NCBI GenBank assembly: GCA_035272825.1
Contig: DATEQE010000163.1
Coordinates: 1 to 35,279 of the forward strand
Direction: 5' to 3'
Source of the DNA: Actinomycetota bacterium
GTDB taxonomy: Bacteria > Actinomycetota > UBA4738 > HRBIN12
Length of the DNA: 35,279 nucleotides
Shown: positions 8,233 to 17,677 of the stretch, in pieces
How positions within the stretch are numbered: position 1 is the first letter of the stretch
Layout of the letters: every line of letters starts with the position of its first letter
Notes under the pieces: generated by a model
The model's database searches: none
The model's input: the letters and a program-made list of their open reading frames with translations, nothing else
What the model was told of the DNA's origin: nothing
Program-made: the position numbers and the translations under genes

Positions 8233-9300
8233 ATGAGAACAGTGGGATTGCGCGACGCTTGGGGTCACTGGCGGTTTATCGCGGTGCTGGGCGCCTTCGC
8301 GCTGGTGCTCGCCGCGTGCACCAGCGACGAGAATGGCGAGGAGGCGCAGGGGGCGACCGGTGATGCGGCGCAGGGCGGCGGCGCAGGACAGTTCTGTGAG
8401 GGAACGAACATCGTGTTCTTCCCCGGCGGCACCGAGGGCGGCGGCTTCGAGACCGTCGTCTACAACGGCGCCAGGGCGGCAGAGGCGGCGTTCGGTCCGA
8501 ACGTCACGTACTCGTGGTCGGATTGGGACCCCCAGAAGATGGTCACCCAGTTCCAGGAGGCCATGGCGACGAGCCCGGACGGCATCGCCATCATGGGCCA
8601 CCCCGGGGACGACGCCTTCGACCCGCTGATCGATGACGCGAGGAGCCAGGGGATCCTCGTGACCGTCATGAACACCGAGCTCCCGGCGGCGGAGGCGAAG
8701 TACGCGGCCGAGGGCACGGGGTACGTCGGTGCCGTGCTCCACGACGCCGGCTTCGCCCTCGCTCAGGAAGCGATCGCGCGCGGCGACCTGCAGTCCGGGG
8801 ACCGGGCGTTCGTCTGGGGTCTCGTGGCACAGCCGGGCCGCGGTGAGCGGACCCAGGGCATCCTCGACGCACTCGACGAGGCCGGCCTGACGGTCGACTA
8901 CCAGGAGATCGACGATGCAACGAACGCCGACCCCGCGGCCGGCGTTTCGACCTTCACCGGGTACGTCTCGGCGAACCCGGACGTCAAGGCCATCTTCATC
9001 GACCACGGGAACCTCACCTCGACGATCCCGACGTACATGGAGGCCGCGAACCTCGGCCCGGACGACCTGTACGCGGCCGGGTTCGACCTGTCGCCTTCGA
9101 CGGTGCAGGGCGTGCAGGACGGGTTCATCGACCTCGTGATCGACCAGCAGCAGTACCTGCAGGGCTTCCTTGCGGTCCAGCAGCTTTGCCTGACGCACAT
9201 GTACGGGTTCAGCGGCCTGTTCGTGAACACGGGCGGCGGCTTCGTGGACGCGTCGAACATCGACGTGATCGCTCCGCTCGTCGAGCAGCAGATCCGCTGA
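8233..9300 (+). CDS. sugar ABC transporter substrate-binding lipoprotein (CUT2/RbsB-like; probably arabinose)
   Basis: In-frame ATG 8233 lies 7 nt after AAGGAGG (8219-8225), inside track ORF 7600..9300. There is a signal peptide with lipobox LVLAAC. The periplasmic-binding-protein-like body includes NIVFFPGG..., GIAIMGHPGD, DLVIDQQQYLQG. Confidence 0.88.
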   Translation: MRTVGLRDAWGHWRFIAVLGAFALVLAACTSDENGEEAQGATGDAAQGGGAGQFCEGTNIVFFPGGTEGGGFETVVYNGARAAEAAFGPNVTYSWSDWDPQKMVTQFQEAMATSPDGIAIMGHPGDDAFDPLIDDARSQGILVTVMNTELPAAEAKYAAEGTGYVGAVLHDAGFALAQEAIARGDLQSGDRAFVWGLVAQPGRGERTQGILDALDEAGLTVDYQEIDDATNADPAAGVSTFTGYVSANPDVKAIFIDHGNLTSTIPTYMEAANLGPDDLYAAGFDLSPSTVQGVQDGFIDLVIDQQQYLQGFLAVQQLCLTHMYGFSGLFVNTGGGFVDASNIDVIAPLVEQQIR

Positions 9301-9328
9301 TGCCCGGCGGCGACGCCGAGGCGCGAGC

Positions 9329-10243
9329 ATGGGGGCCGGCGAGCAGAGGGCTCGTCGGCCCCGGCCCGCGTCGGGGCATGCCACACTGATGACGGGTGAG
9401 GCAGACGTGACGTCGCGCGGAGACGGACAGGTCCACGTCGAGCTTCGTCACATCTTCAAGTCGTTCGGCGGCGTCAGAGTCCTGAAGGACGTGAGCCTTG
9501 TGCTGTCCGCAGGCGAGGTGCTCGGTCTCCTCGGCGACAACGGCGCCGGCAAGTCCACGCTGATCAAGATCGTCACGGGGGTCCACGAGCCGGACAGCGG
9601 ACAGATCCTGTTCCGGGGGCAGGAGGTCCGCGGGCTCTCCGTCGACCGGGCTCGCGCGCTCGGCGTGGAGACCGTGTACCAGGAGCGGGCGCTCGCGGAA
9701 CAGCTCTCGCTGTGGCGCAACATCTTCATGGGACGCCCGGTCAGCGGCCCGCTCGGATTCCTCGACGTCCGGAAGATGCGGCGGATCACGGCCGAGCTCA
9801 TGGGCGAGTCGATGGGATTCACCTCCGCCGCCCTGACCCCGGACACGCACGTGACCGGGCTGTCCGGCGGCGAGCGCCAGGGTCTCGCGATCGTCCGGGC
9901 CCTCCACTTCGAGGCCGACATCATCATCCTCGACGAGCCGACGATGGGCCTCTCCCTGAAGGAGACCGACAAGCTCCTTCACTTCGTGAAGGGGATCAAG
10001 ACGGCCGGGAAGTCGGCGATCTTCATCGACCACAACATCTTCCACGTGTACTCGGTCGCGGATCGCATCGTCGTCCTCGACCGCGGCCGCATCGCCGGGG
10101 ACTTCCCGACCTCCCGCTATTCGCTCGAGGAGGTCACCGAGATCATGCGAGAGGTGGCCTCCACGGGGAAGTTCGTCGAGCCCGAGCGGTACCGCGACAC
10201 CCGCGCCGCGAGCGACGCCGATGAGGCCGGAGGTTCGTCGTGA
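9329..10243 (+). CDS. sugar ABC transporter ATP-binding protein (single nucleotide-binding domain)
   Basis: Walker A GDNGAGKST, signature LSGGERQ, Walker B IIILDEPT. ATG 9329 has GAGG 8 nt upstream. An alternative in-frame ATG at 9389 would give a more typical N-terminus. Confidence 0.88.
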   Translation: MGAGEQRARRPRPASGHATLMTGEADVTSRGDGQVHVELRHIFKSFGGVRVLKDVSLVLSAGEVLGLLGDNGAGKSTLIKIVTGVHEPDSGQILFRGQEVRGLSVDRARALGVETVYQERALAEQLSLWRNIFMGRPVSGPLGFLDVRKMRRITAELMGESMGFTSAALTPDTHVTGLSGGERQGLAIVRALHFEADIIILDEPTMGLSLKETDKLLHFVKGIKTAGKSAIFIDHNIFHVYSVADRIVVLDRGRIAGDFPTSRYSLEEVTEIMREVASTGKFVEPERYRDTRAASDADEAGGSS

Positions 10244-11253
10244 ACGCGACTGTGGAGGACGTCGAGAAGACCGGAGCGATGAGGCGAGGCTGGACCGTCC
10301 GGTCCTTCGCCACGACGTATGCGTCGCAGATCGGCATCACCGTCGCGTTCGTCGTGCTCTGGGTGGCGTTCATCGTCCTGGCGCCCGACACCTTCCTGGA
10401 CAACCGCATCTACGTGTCGTTCGCCCAGACGACGCCGTATTTCGCGCTCCCCGCTCTCTTGCTCACGATGGTCATTGTGAGCGGCGACATCGATCTCTCG
10501 TTCCCTTCGATCATGGGGCTCGGCATGGTCGGATTCGTCGCGGTCGAGCGGACCACCGGCAGCCCCGAGCTCGCCGTCCTTGCGGCCCTCGCCGTCGGCG
10601 CCATGGCGGGGCTGCTGAACGGACTGATCGTCACCATCATCGGCATCCCGGCGCTGGTCGCCACCATCGCGACTCAGTTCCTTTACCGCGGGCTGACCCT
10701 CGCCCTGGTGAGCGGCAAGAGCTACGCGCTGGTCGAGGCGAGGGACTCGACGGCGTTCCGCATCCTGGACGGACGACTCCTCGGCATCCCGATGCAGTTC
10801 GTCTGGCTGGTCCTGGTTGCGATCGGGACCTGGATGCTGCTCTTCCGGCATCGTCTCGGGCAGAACGGCCACGTCATCGGGGACAACCGACCGGCGGCCC
10901 AGCTCATGGGCATCCCCATCCGCAGCACTCGCACCATCATGTTCGTGCTCGTCGGTGTGGCTTCGGCGCTCGCCGGCGCGATGCAGAGCCTCCAGGTCTC
11001 GAACTTCTACCCGGGGGTGGGGGCTGGTTACTTGCTGCCCGCTCTCGCCGCCGTCTTCGTCGGCGGCACGTCCGTGTTCGGAGGGCGCGGGACGGTCTGG
11101 GGGACCTTCATCGGGGCGTTCATGATCGGCGCGATCCAGGCGGGGATCGTGGCGATGGGGGTCGCGGCGTACTGGACCGAGGTGATCTACGGCGGGATCA
11201 TCCTCGCCGCGGTCTCGATCCACGCCGTGCTCCAGCGCCGGTTCGAGCGCTGA
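10240..11253 (+). CDS. sugar ABC transporter permease (RbsC/AraH-type)
   Basis: Track ORF of 337 aa, highly hydrophobic and multi-pass. The GTG start overlaps the ATPase stop (GTGA). The conserved GGTSVFGGRGTVWGTFIGA region is present. Confidence 0.9.
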   Translation: MNATVEDVEKTGAMRRGWTVRSFATTYASQIGITVAFVVLWVAFIVLAPDTFLDNRIYVSFAQTTPYFALPALLLTMVIVSGDIDLSFPSIMGLGMVGFVAVERTTGSPELAVLAALAVGAMAGLLNGLIVTIIGIPALVATIATQFLYRGLTLALVSGKSYALVEARDSTAFRILDGRLLGIPMQFVWLVLVAIGTWMLLFRHRLGQNGHVIGDNRPAAQLMGIPIRSTRTIMFVLVGVASALAGAMQSLQVSNFYPGVGAGYLLPALAAVFVGGTSVFGGRGTVWGTFIGAFMIGAIQAGIVAMGVAAYWTEVIYGGIILAAVSIHAVLQRRFER

Positions 11254-11302
11254 GGCCATGTCCACGGCAGCGTTTCCTCGGCCTTCCGGAAGGTGATTGA
11301 CG

Positions 11303-12805
11303 ATGGATGCACGCGAACTCGCGGTCTGGTTCCTGACCGGGAGCCAGAGCCTGTATGGGGAGGATGCGCTTCGGACGGTCGAGCAGCAGGCGTCCGTGAT
11401 CGTCCGAGGGCTCTCGGATGCGCCGGCCATCCCGGTGGGCGTGAAGGCCAAGCCGGTGCTGACGACGCCGGAGGCCATCGAGCGGGTCTGCCTGGAGGCG
11501 AACGCGGACCCGAGCTGCATCGGGGTCGTCGCGTGGATGCACACGTTCTCGCCGGCCAAGATGTGGATCGCCGGGCTGCGGTCCCTGTCGAAGCCGCTGC
11601 TGCACCTGCACACGCAGCACAACCTCGAGCTGCCGTGGGCGGAGATCGACATGGACTTCATGAACCTGAACCAGTCGGCGCACGGCGACCGCGAGTTCGG
11701 CCACCTTGCGACGCGACTGCGCCATCGGAGGAAGACCGTCGTCGGGCATTGGGACGACGCCGGGGTCCAACGGCGCATCGGCACCTGGACCCGCGCGGCG
11801 CGCGGCTGGCACGACGCCCAACGACTGCGCATCGCCCGCCTCGGCGACAACATGCGCAACGTCGCGGTCACCGAGGGCGACAAGGTGGAGGCTCAGATCC
11901 GCCTGGGCTTCTCCGTGAACGGGTACGGCGTCGGCGAGCTGGTCGAGCACGCTTCCCGCGTCGAGGACGCCGACATCGATCTCCTCGTGAAGGTCTACGA
12001 GGACGAGTACGACGTCTTTCCCGAGCTCCGACGGGGGGAGGCGCGGCATGATTCGCTCCGGGAGGCCGCGCGCATCGAGCTCGGCTTGCGGTCGTTCCTG
12101 GACGAGGTCGGCGCGAACGCGTTCACCGACACGTTCGAGGACCTCACCGGGCTCCGGCAGCTCCCCGGCATCGCCGTGCAGCGCCTGATGGCCGACGGCT
12201 ACGGCTTCGGTGCGGAGGGAGATTGGAAGACCGCTGCGCTCGTGCGGATCCTGAAGGTGATGAGCGCCGGCCTCGCGGGCGGCACGTCCTTCATGGAGGA
12301 CTACACCTACAACCTCGGCGCCGAGGCCCCGCAGGTGCTCGGCGCCCACATGCTCGAGGTCTGCCCATCGATCGCAGCCGGTCGGCCAAGCTGCGAGATC
12401 CATCCGCTCGCCATCGGCGGGCGGGAGGACCCGGTCCGCCTCGTGTTCACCGCTCCGCCGGGACCCGGTCTCGTGGTCGGGCTCGCCGACCTCGGCACCA
12501 GGCTTCGCCTGGTCGCCAACGAGATCGACGTGGTCGAGCCCGAGCAGGACCTGCCCCGGCTGCCGGTGGCCCGGGCCGTCTGGGAGCCGCGCCCGGACCT
12601 CTCGACGGCGGCCGAGGCCTGGCTGATGGCCGGCGGGCCGCACCACACCTGCTTCACGCAGGCGCTCCCGCTCGAGGCGCTCGAGGACCTCGCCGAGATC
12701 GCGGGGGTCGAGCTCCTCACGATCACGGGCGACACCACCAGCGGGCAGTTCCGGAACGAGTTGCGCTGGAACCAGGTCTACTACCACCTGGCCGGCGCGC
12801 TGTGA
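11303..12805 (+). CDS. araA: L-arabinose isomerase
   Basis: Motifs: [60 protein letters not shown] 11303 lies 7 nt after GGAAGGTG; the track start TTG 11297 is 2 codons upstream. Confidence 0.93.
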   Translation: MDARELAVWFLTGSQSLYGEDALRTVEQQASVIVRGLSDAPAIPVGVKAKPVLTTPEAIERVCLEANADPSCIGVVAWMHTFSPAKMWIAGLRSLSKPLLHLHTQHNLELPWAEIDMDFMNLNQSAHGDREFGHLATRLRHRRKTVVGHWDDAGVQRRIGTWTRAARGWHDAQRLRIARLGDNMRNVAVTEGDKVEAQIRLGFSVNGYGVGELVEHASRVEDADIDLLVKVYEDEYDVFPELRRGEARHDSLREAARIELGLRSFLDEVGANAFTDTFEDLTGLRQLPGIAVQRLMADGYGFGAEGDWKTAALVRILKVMSAGLAGGTSFMEDYTYNLGAEAPQVLGAHMLEVCPSIAAGRPSCEIHPLAIGGREDPVRLVFTAPPGPGLVVGLADLGTRLRLVANEIDVVEPEQDLPRLPVARAVWEPRPDLSTAAEAWLMAGGPHHTCFTQALPLEALEDLAEIAGVELLTITGDTTSGQFRNELRWNQVYYHLAGAL

Positions 12806-12821
12806 CGGGATTGGCCCGGAC

Positions 12822-14516
12822 CTAGGCGGGAACGGCCTCGGATCTGGCCCTTGCCCGGATCGCCTTGAGGTCCTTCATCACGTTCGACGCGCCCCGGCCG
12901 AAGTGGTCGTGGAGCTCACGGTAGGCCGCGTACAGTTCGTCGTAGACGCCGCGATGATCGGGGTTCGGCTCGTAGCGCTCGTCGCGCAGCCGAGCCATCG
13001 CGGCCGCGGCATCGATGATGCTGTCGTGGCCGCCGGCCGCCGCGCCGGCGGCGACCGCCCCGAACATCGCCGAGCCGAGCGCCGGCGTCTGGGTCGACTC
13101 GGCCACGCGGAAGACGAGTCCCGTCACGTCGGCGTAGATCTGCATCAACAGACGGTTCCGCTCCGGCAGCCCGCCGCAGGCCACGATCTCCTCGACCGTC
13201 ACGCCCGCCGCCTCGAATGCGTCGATGATGACCCGCGTGCCGAACGCCGTCGCCTCGATGAGCGCCCGGTAGATCTCGGGAGCCTTTGTGGCTAGCGTCG
13301 CCCCGACGAGCAGGCCGGTGAGGTCCACGTCGACGAGGATCGACCGGTTTCCGTTCCACCAGTCCAGCGCGAGCAGTCCGGACTCGCCGGGTCGCAACCC
13401 CCCCGCCTCGCGTTCCAGGACGGCCTGGACGTCGATGCCTTGCCGCGCCGCGATCTCCTGATACTCGGGCGGCACGGCGTTGTCGACGAACCAGGCGAAG
13501 ATGTCGCCGACGCCGGACTGTCCCGCCTCGAACCCGAACAGGCCCGGGATCACACCGTCCTCGACGACGCCGCACATCCCGTCGACCACGGCCGACCGAT
13601 CGCCGAGGACGAGGTGACAGATGCTCGTGCCCATGATCGCGACCATCCGACCGGGTCCGGTGACCGTGGCGGCGGGTACGGAGACGTGGGCGTCGACGTT
13701 GGCCACGGCGACCGCCGTCCCCGCCGGCAGACCGGTCCACGCCGCCGCCTGCTCGGTCAGGCCTCCGGCCCGCTCCCCGATCGGTCGGACGTCTCGGGAC
13801 ATCTTCTCGTCGACGACGTTCGCGAACTCCGGGGAAAGGGCCGAGAAGTACTCCGTAGGCGGGAACCCCTCGCCCTTGGTCCAGATCGCCTTGTAGCCCG
13901 CCGTGCAGCTGTTCCGGGTCTCGACGCCCGTCAGCTGCCACACCACCCAATCGGCGGCCTCGATGAGCCGGTCCGCCGCCCGGTAGATGTCCGGCGCCTC
14001 GTCAAGGATCTGCAGCGCCTTCGAGTAGAACCACTCGGATGAGATCTTCCCGCCGAACCTGGGGAGCCAGGGTTCGGCTCGTTCGCGCGCGACGGCGTTG
14101 ATCCGGTCCGCCTCCGGTTGGGCCGCGTGGTGCTTCCACAGCTTGACCCACGCGTGGGGTCGCCGTCGGTACTCCGGCAACGTGCAGAGCGGGACGCCGT
14201 CCACGGTGGTCGGCAGCATCGTGCACGCCGTGAAGTCGATCCCGACCCCCACCACGTCGGCGGGATCGATCCCGGACCGCGACAGCACCGACGGCACGGT
14301 CGTCTGGAACGTCCGGAGGTAGTCCTCGGGATCCTGCAATGCCCAGTCGGGCTCCAGCCGGACGTCGTCGTCGGGAGCGGGCAGGCGCTCGTCGATGACG
14401 CGGTGGCCGTACTCGTACACCGCCGTCGCCACCTCGGCGCCGGTCGCAACGTCGACGAGCACTGCCCGCCCGGACTCCGTCCCGAAATCGACGCCAACCG
14501 CGTACTTCGTCGCCAT
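12822..14516 (-). CDS. araB: ribulokinase (FGGY family)
   Basis: Track ORF of 564 aa. Motifs: YAVGVDFGTESGRAVLVD, GIDFTACTMLP, FGGKISSEWFYSKALQ, MGTSICH, FEAGQSGVGDIF, ACGGLPERN. Confidence 0.93.
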   Translation of the reverse strand: MATKYAVGVDFGTESGRAVLVDVATGAEVATAVYEYGHRVIDERLPAPDDDVRLEPDWALQDPEDYLRTFQTTVPSVLSRSGIDPADVVGVGIDFTACTMLPTTVDGVPLCTLPEYRRRPHAWVKLWKHHAAQPEADRINAVARERAEPWLPRFGGKISSEWFYSKALQILDEAPDIYRAADRLIEAADWVVWQLTGVETRNSCTAGYKAIWTKGEGFPPTEYFSALSPEFANVVDEKMSRDVRPIGERAGGLTEQAAAWTGLPAGTAVAVANVDAHVSVPAATVTGPGRMVAIMGTSICHLVLGDRSAVVDGMCGVVEDGVIPGLFGFEAGQSGVGDIFAWFVDNAVPPEYQEIAARQGIDVQAVLEREAGGLRPGESGLLALDWWNGNRSILVDVDLTGLLVGATLATKAPEIYRALIEATAFGTRVIIDAFEAAGVTVEEIVACGGLPERNRLLMQIYADVTGLVFRVAESTQTPALGSAMFGAVAAGAAAGGHDSIIDAAAAMARLRDERYEPNPDHRGVYDELYAAYRELHDHFGRGASNVMKDLKAIRARARSEAVPA

Positions 14517-14556
14517 GTCGATCCCGCCCCTCCTCCCGCTCGGTCTGGAAACGCCC

Positions 14557-15651
14557 TCAGCTCGACGGACCGCTCACCCGATCCGTCGACGCGCGAGCGA
14601 CGAGCGACGGCTGCAAGATCGCCGGACGCGACGCGTCGAGCTGGGCGTCGTCAAGGACCATCTGCACCGCCTTCGCCACCATCTTGCGCACCGGCATGCG
14701 CACCGTCGTCAGCGCCGGAACGGTGAACTCCGCGACCGGGATGTCGTCGAAGCCCGCGATCGACACCTCCTGCGGCACGGCCAGTCCCCGCACCCGTGCC
14801 GCGTGCAGCGTCCCGATCGCCAACACGTCGGTGGACGTCACGACGGCCGTCGGGGGTTGCGGCAGCTCGAAGAGCGCGTCGAACGCCGCCACGCCGCCGG
14901 CGAACTCGTTCGGCTCGTGCCGGATGTACCCGTCCGGGACCGGTTCGTCGAGCCGCGCCATGAACTCGACGTATGCCTCCTCCCGCTCCTTGATGTCCCC
15001 GAGCGCCCGGGCGCCCACGTAGGCGATCCGTCGGTGCCCGAGCGCGGCGAGATGCTGGAGGACCGCGTGGATCCCGGCGCGGTTGTCGACGCTCACCGAG
15101 GCCACGTTGGTCGGGCGCGAACCCTGCCACAGCGCGACCACCGGGACGCGTGCGCCCGCGAGGTCCTCGATCAGCCGGGGCTGGTCACCCATGTCCCCGA
15201 ACAGGACGATGGCGTCGCAGTGCCGAGCCTCGAGCACCGCCCACAGCGCGATCGCCTCGTCGGCCCGCGCGTGGGCGTGCCCGAGCACGACGTTGTACCC
15301 GCGCCGGCTGGCCTCGACCGTAACGGCCTCGATGGCGCCGGCGAAGAACGGGTCGGTGATGTCCCGGACGATGACCCCAAGCAGCATCGTGCTCGCGCCG
15401 CGGAGCCCCCTGGCCAGCGGGTTCGGCCTGTAGCCGAGCTCCTGGGCCACCGCGAGGACGCGCGCCCGCGTGGCCTCGGCGATGGGAACCACGGTCGGCG
15501 TGCGGTTCAGAACGCGCGAGACGGTGCTCTGGGACAGCCCGGTGGCCCGTGCGATGTCGCGCATGGTCACCGGGCCCTGCCGGAGCGATGCACCGGCATC
15601 GCCTGCGGACCGCTTCACGGTATCGCGACGATCGCCGGCCACTCCTGCCAC
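14557..15651 (-). CDS. LacI-family transcriptional repressor, AraR-like by context
   Basis: HTH VTMRDIARATGLSQSTVSRVLN, followed by a periplasmic-binding-protein-like sugar-sensor domain (VDNRAG, IAYVG, VTSTDVLAIG, SIAGFDD). It lies 40 nt upstream of araB on the same strand. The start is uncertain: GTG at 15651, 15642 or 15570 are all possible. Confidence 0.88.
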   Translation of the reverse strand: MAGVAGDRRDTVKRSAGDAGASLRQGPVTMRDIARATGLSQSTVSRVLNRTPTVVPIAEATRARVLAVAQELGYRPNPLARGLRGASTMLLGVIVRDITDPFFAGAIEAVTVEASRRGYNVVLGHAHARADEAIALWAVLEARHCDAIVLFGDMGDQPRLIEDLAGARVPVVALWQGSRPTNVASVSVDNRAGIHAVLQHLAALGHRRIAYVGARALGDIKEREEAYVEFMARLDEPVPDGYIRHEPNEFAGGVAAFDALFELPQPPTAVVTSTDVLAIGTLHAARVRGLAVPQEVSIAGFDDIPVAEFTVPALTTVRMPVRKMVAKAVQMVLDDAQLDASRPAILQPSLVARASTDRVSGPSS

Positions 15652-15697
15652 CTCCCGTCACTCGCCCGAATTGATAGCTTGGAGGCATACCATAGCC

Positions 15698-15711
15698 TGC
15701 ATACGTTCGCA
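15698..15711. promoter_or_regulatory. candidate LacI-type operator (autoregulation)
   Basis: TGCATACGTTCGCA is a CG-centred imperfect palindrome (TGCATA / TGCGAA half-sites), 47 nt upstream of the longest possible repressor start. It sits between plausible -35 (CTGCGA) and -10 (TATGGT) elements on the minus strand. Confidence 0.4.
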
Positions 15712-16014
15712 TCGCAGCATGTGCCTCCTTCACTTGCTCTTCCTGCTCGAGTCGGAGCCGGGCCGACCTGGGTCGAGCCGGGTCTACGTCTAGGTGCACT
15801 CATCGAGGGCGCGCGGGCGTCCGGGCAGGCGAGCCGGCGCGCGCTTCCCCCCCAATCCTCCCGTGGGCCCTGACCCGCTCCAGGAGCGCCGGTCGCCCTC
15901 GACGGGTCGGCCCCTCGAGCCACTGTGTGCTGGTATTCGGGTCGCCGACGAGGAGCCCCACTTCCGGACTTGCCTCAGCAGCCAATCCTGCCGCGCACAC
16001 AAACCGCTGGTAGA

Positions 16015-16104
16015 TGGCGGGAGGGCCGGGATTCGAACCCGGGAGTGGGTTGCCCCGCTAGCGGTTTTCAAGACCGCCGCCTTCGTCCGCTCGGCCACCC
16101 TCCC
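16015..16104 (-). tRNA. tRNA-Ser (anticodon UGA), CCA encoded
   Basis: The reverse complement folds by eye. Acceptor GGGAGGG/CCCTCCC, D arm GCC-GAGCGGACGAA-GGC, anticodon stem GCGGT/ACCGC with loop CTTGAAA, a long variable arm, T arm CCGGG-TTCGAAT-CCCGG, discriminator G plus CCA. Confidence 0.93.
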
Positions 16105-16824
16105 GGGGCCAATCTACCTGCAGGAACCTTTCACGCGAGCGGGCACCACGGGTTTGGTTGCCGCCAAGTTGCCGCCACCGGGCTTCGCGTGGACTTCATC
16201 AGCCGAGGAACTCGAGCCGCTCGTCGGCGTCGATCTCTCCGAGCGAACCCGCTCGTCGAGGACCCGCATCGCGCTCGTCGATCCGCCTGCGGTCGACCCG
16301 TCTTTCGGATGGAACTGACGGATCCCCCAACCCCACGCGTCGTGCCACATCTTCCGGAACCTACGCTCCCAGCCGACGCCCGGTCGATGGAAGTCCCTGG
16401 CTGCTCGCCTTGCGACAGCCGATGCTCCTCAACCGAGCGGGGCACTGGGCGCGCACCTGGAGCCCGCGCCGCACGGCGAGCTTGGGGTGTAAGGACTTCT
16501 CCAATCTCCCGGCCGCGGCGAGTCCGGCACGACGCAGCAAGGGACGGCGGCTTCGTTGTCAACTGCGTTTCCTCGCTGCGCGCGTCGACGAAGCGGTGGG
16601 GACAGGGGATCTCGTTCGTCTTTGACCCCTCCCGCCTCATTCCGAGCCACCGGACCGACGGAGAGCGACGTTCTTCCAATCCCGCCGCTGGGTACGAGCG
16701 CGGGCGGGCCGGGCTCGGGCCCCACGGACGCGGGACCATCGGCCCCCGCAGGGCTCGGGCTGGGCTGACACGCTGGCTCCGTAGAGACATCGTGCGTAGA
16801 GCCGCGAGAAGAGGCGAGACCAGG

Positions 16825-17460
16825 ATGGCGACGACCCAGGAGATGCCGACGCAGCGATCCGGCGGGAGGCCGGACGGTCCGACGGGGTCGCGCCGCGGGA
16901 AGGCGCCCAGCTGGACGATCGTCTTCGCGACGGTCTTTGCGATCGTGCTGGCGACCTTCGCGGGTGCGGCAGTGTACGTGTGGCAGCGGGAACAGATCCA
17001 GAACCGCGAGGCGGCCTTCTCCCTCGCGATCCAGCAGCGGGACGAGGCAAGGCAGGCAGCCGAGGCCCTGAGCGCCGATGCGAGGAGCGATCGTGCCCAC
17101 ATCCGTGCCCTGGAGGCCCAGGTGGCTGGCCTGCGGGCGCGCGTCGAGCGACTGCGGAACACTTCCGCGGCAAGCTCGGCCCTCGTCTACAGCGCGTCCG
17201 ACATCCTCGCGACCGTGCGAGCCCAGGTACCCATCGCCGAGCCGATGGTCTGGGAGTCGGTCTCGATCCAGGTATGCGGACTCGGCTTCGCCTACGTGCT
17301 CGCACACCCCGGGGACATCCCGGCCGGCACCAACGTGGAGGGCAGTGAGCAGGTCTTCCTGAAGACAGAGAGCGGCGAGTGGACGGTGATCACCTCGGGA
17401 ACAGGCATAAGCCCATCGGAGGTCCTTCCGCCCGAACTCCAGGAAGCGCTCGCTGCCTGA
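16825..17460 (+). CDS. hypothetical membrane-anchored coiled-coil protein (211 aa)
   Basis: ATG 16825 lies within track ORF 15925..17460, with GAGG about 10 nt upstream. It has a basic N-terminus, one TM helix (WTIVFATVFAIVLATFAGAAVYVW), a heptad-like region (QQRDEARQAAEALSADARSDRAHIRALEAQVAGLRARVERL) and a small C-terminal domain. GC3-rich codons. I recognise no family. Confidence 0.6.
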   Translation: MATTQEMPTQRSGGRPDGPTGSRRGKAPSWTIVFATVFAIVLATFAGAAVYVWQREQIQNREAAFSLAIQQRDEARQAAEALSADARSDRAHIRALEAQVAGLRARVERLRNTSAASSALVYSASDILATVRAQVPIAEPMVWESVSIQVCGLGFAYVLAHPGDIPAGTNVEGSEQVFLKTESGEWTVITSGTGISPSEVLPPELQEALAA

Positions 17461-17677
17461 CGGGACCGTCCGTTCAAGCGGCGGCGCGTTCGGGCGTGAG
17501 GCGCACCTAGAGCTGGACGCGTTCGAACGCCGCTTCCGGTCGAGACCGAGAACCCGAGGTTCGCGGGTGGGGAGAAGCGTTCGCCGCTGCGGGCCGAAGA
17601 CGCGCGCCCACCCCGTCGACCGAGCCGGACGCCCGCCAACGCGATCGAAGCCGTCTACGAGGGAGGCGGCTAAGCGA

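Noticed and set aside
15664-15726. 20-codon minus-strand ORF (MLRCERMQAMVCLQAINSGE) preceded by AAGGAGG upstream of the repressor gene.
   Set aside because: The Shine-Dalgarno-to-ATG spacing is only 3 nt. The ORF overlaps the operator-like palindrome, and its composition is not convincing. The purine-rich run is more likely fortuitous.
16105-16500. Integrase, excisionase or transposase remnant beside tRNA-Ser, for example the minus-strand 48-codon ORF ending …GEIDADERLEFLG at 16199.
   Set aside because: I translated all frames by eye. There are no recombinase boxes (R…HxxR…Y), no DDE or HTH pattern, and the ORFs are short and Arg-rich. Without a sensitive search I cannot exclude a very decayed gene.
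17461-17560. Rho-independent terminator or structured RNA after the orphan ORF (AAGCGGCG…CGCCGCTT with internal CGCGTTCG direct repeats).
   Set aside because: Only the outer 8 bp pair. The interior is a direct repeat, not an inverted one, and there is no U-tract. The evidence is too weak to call.
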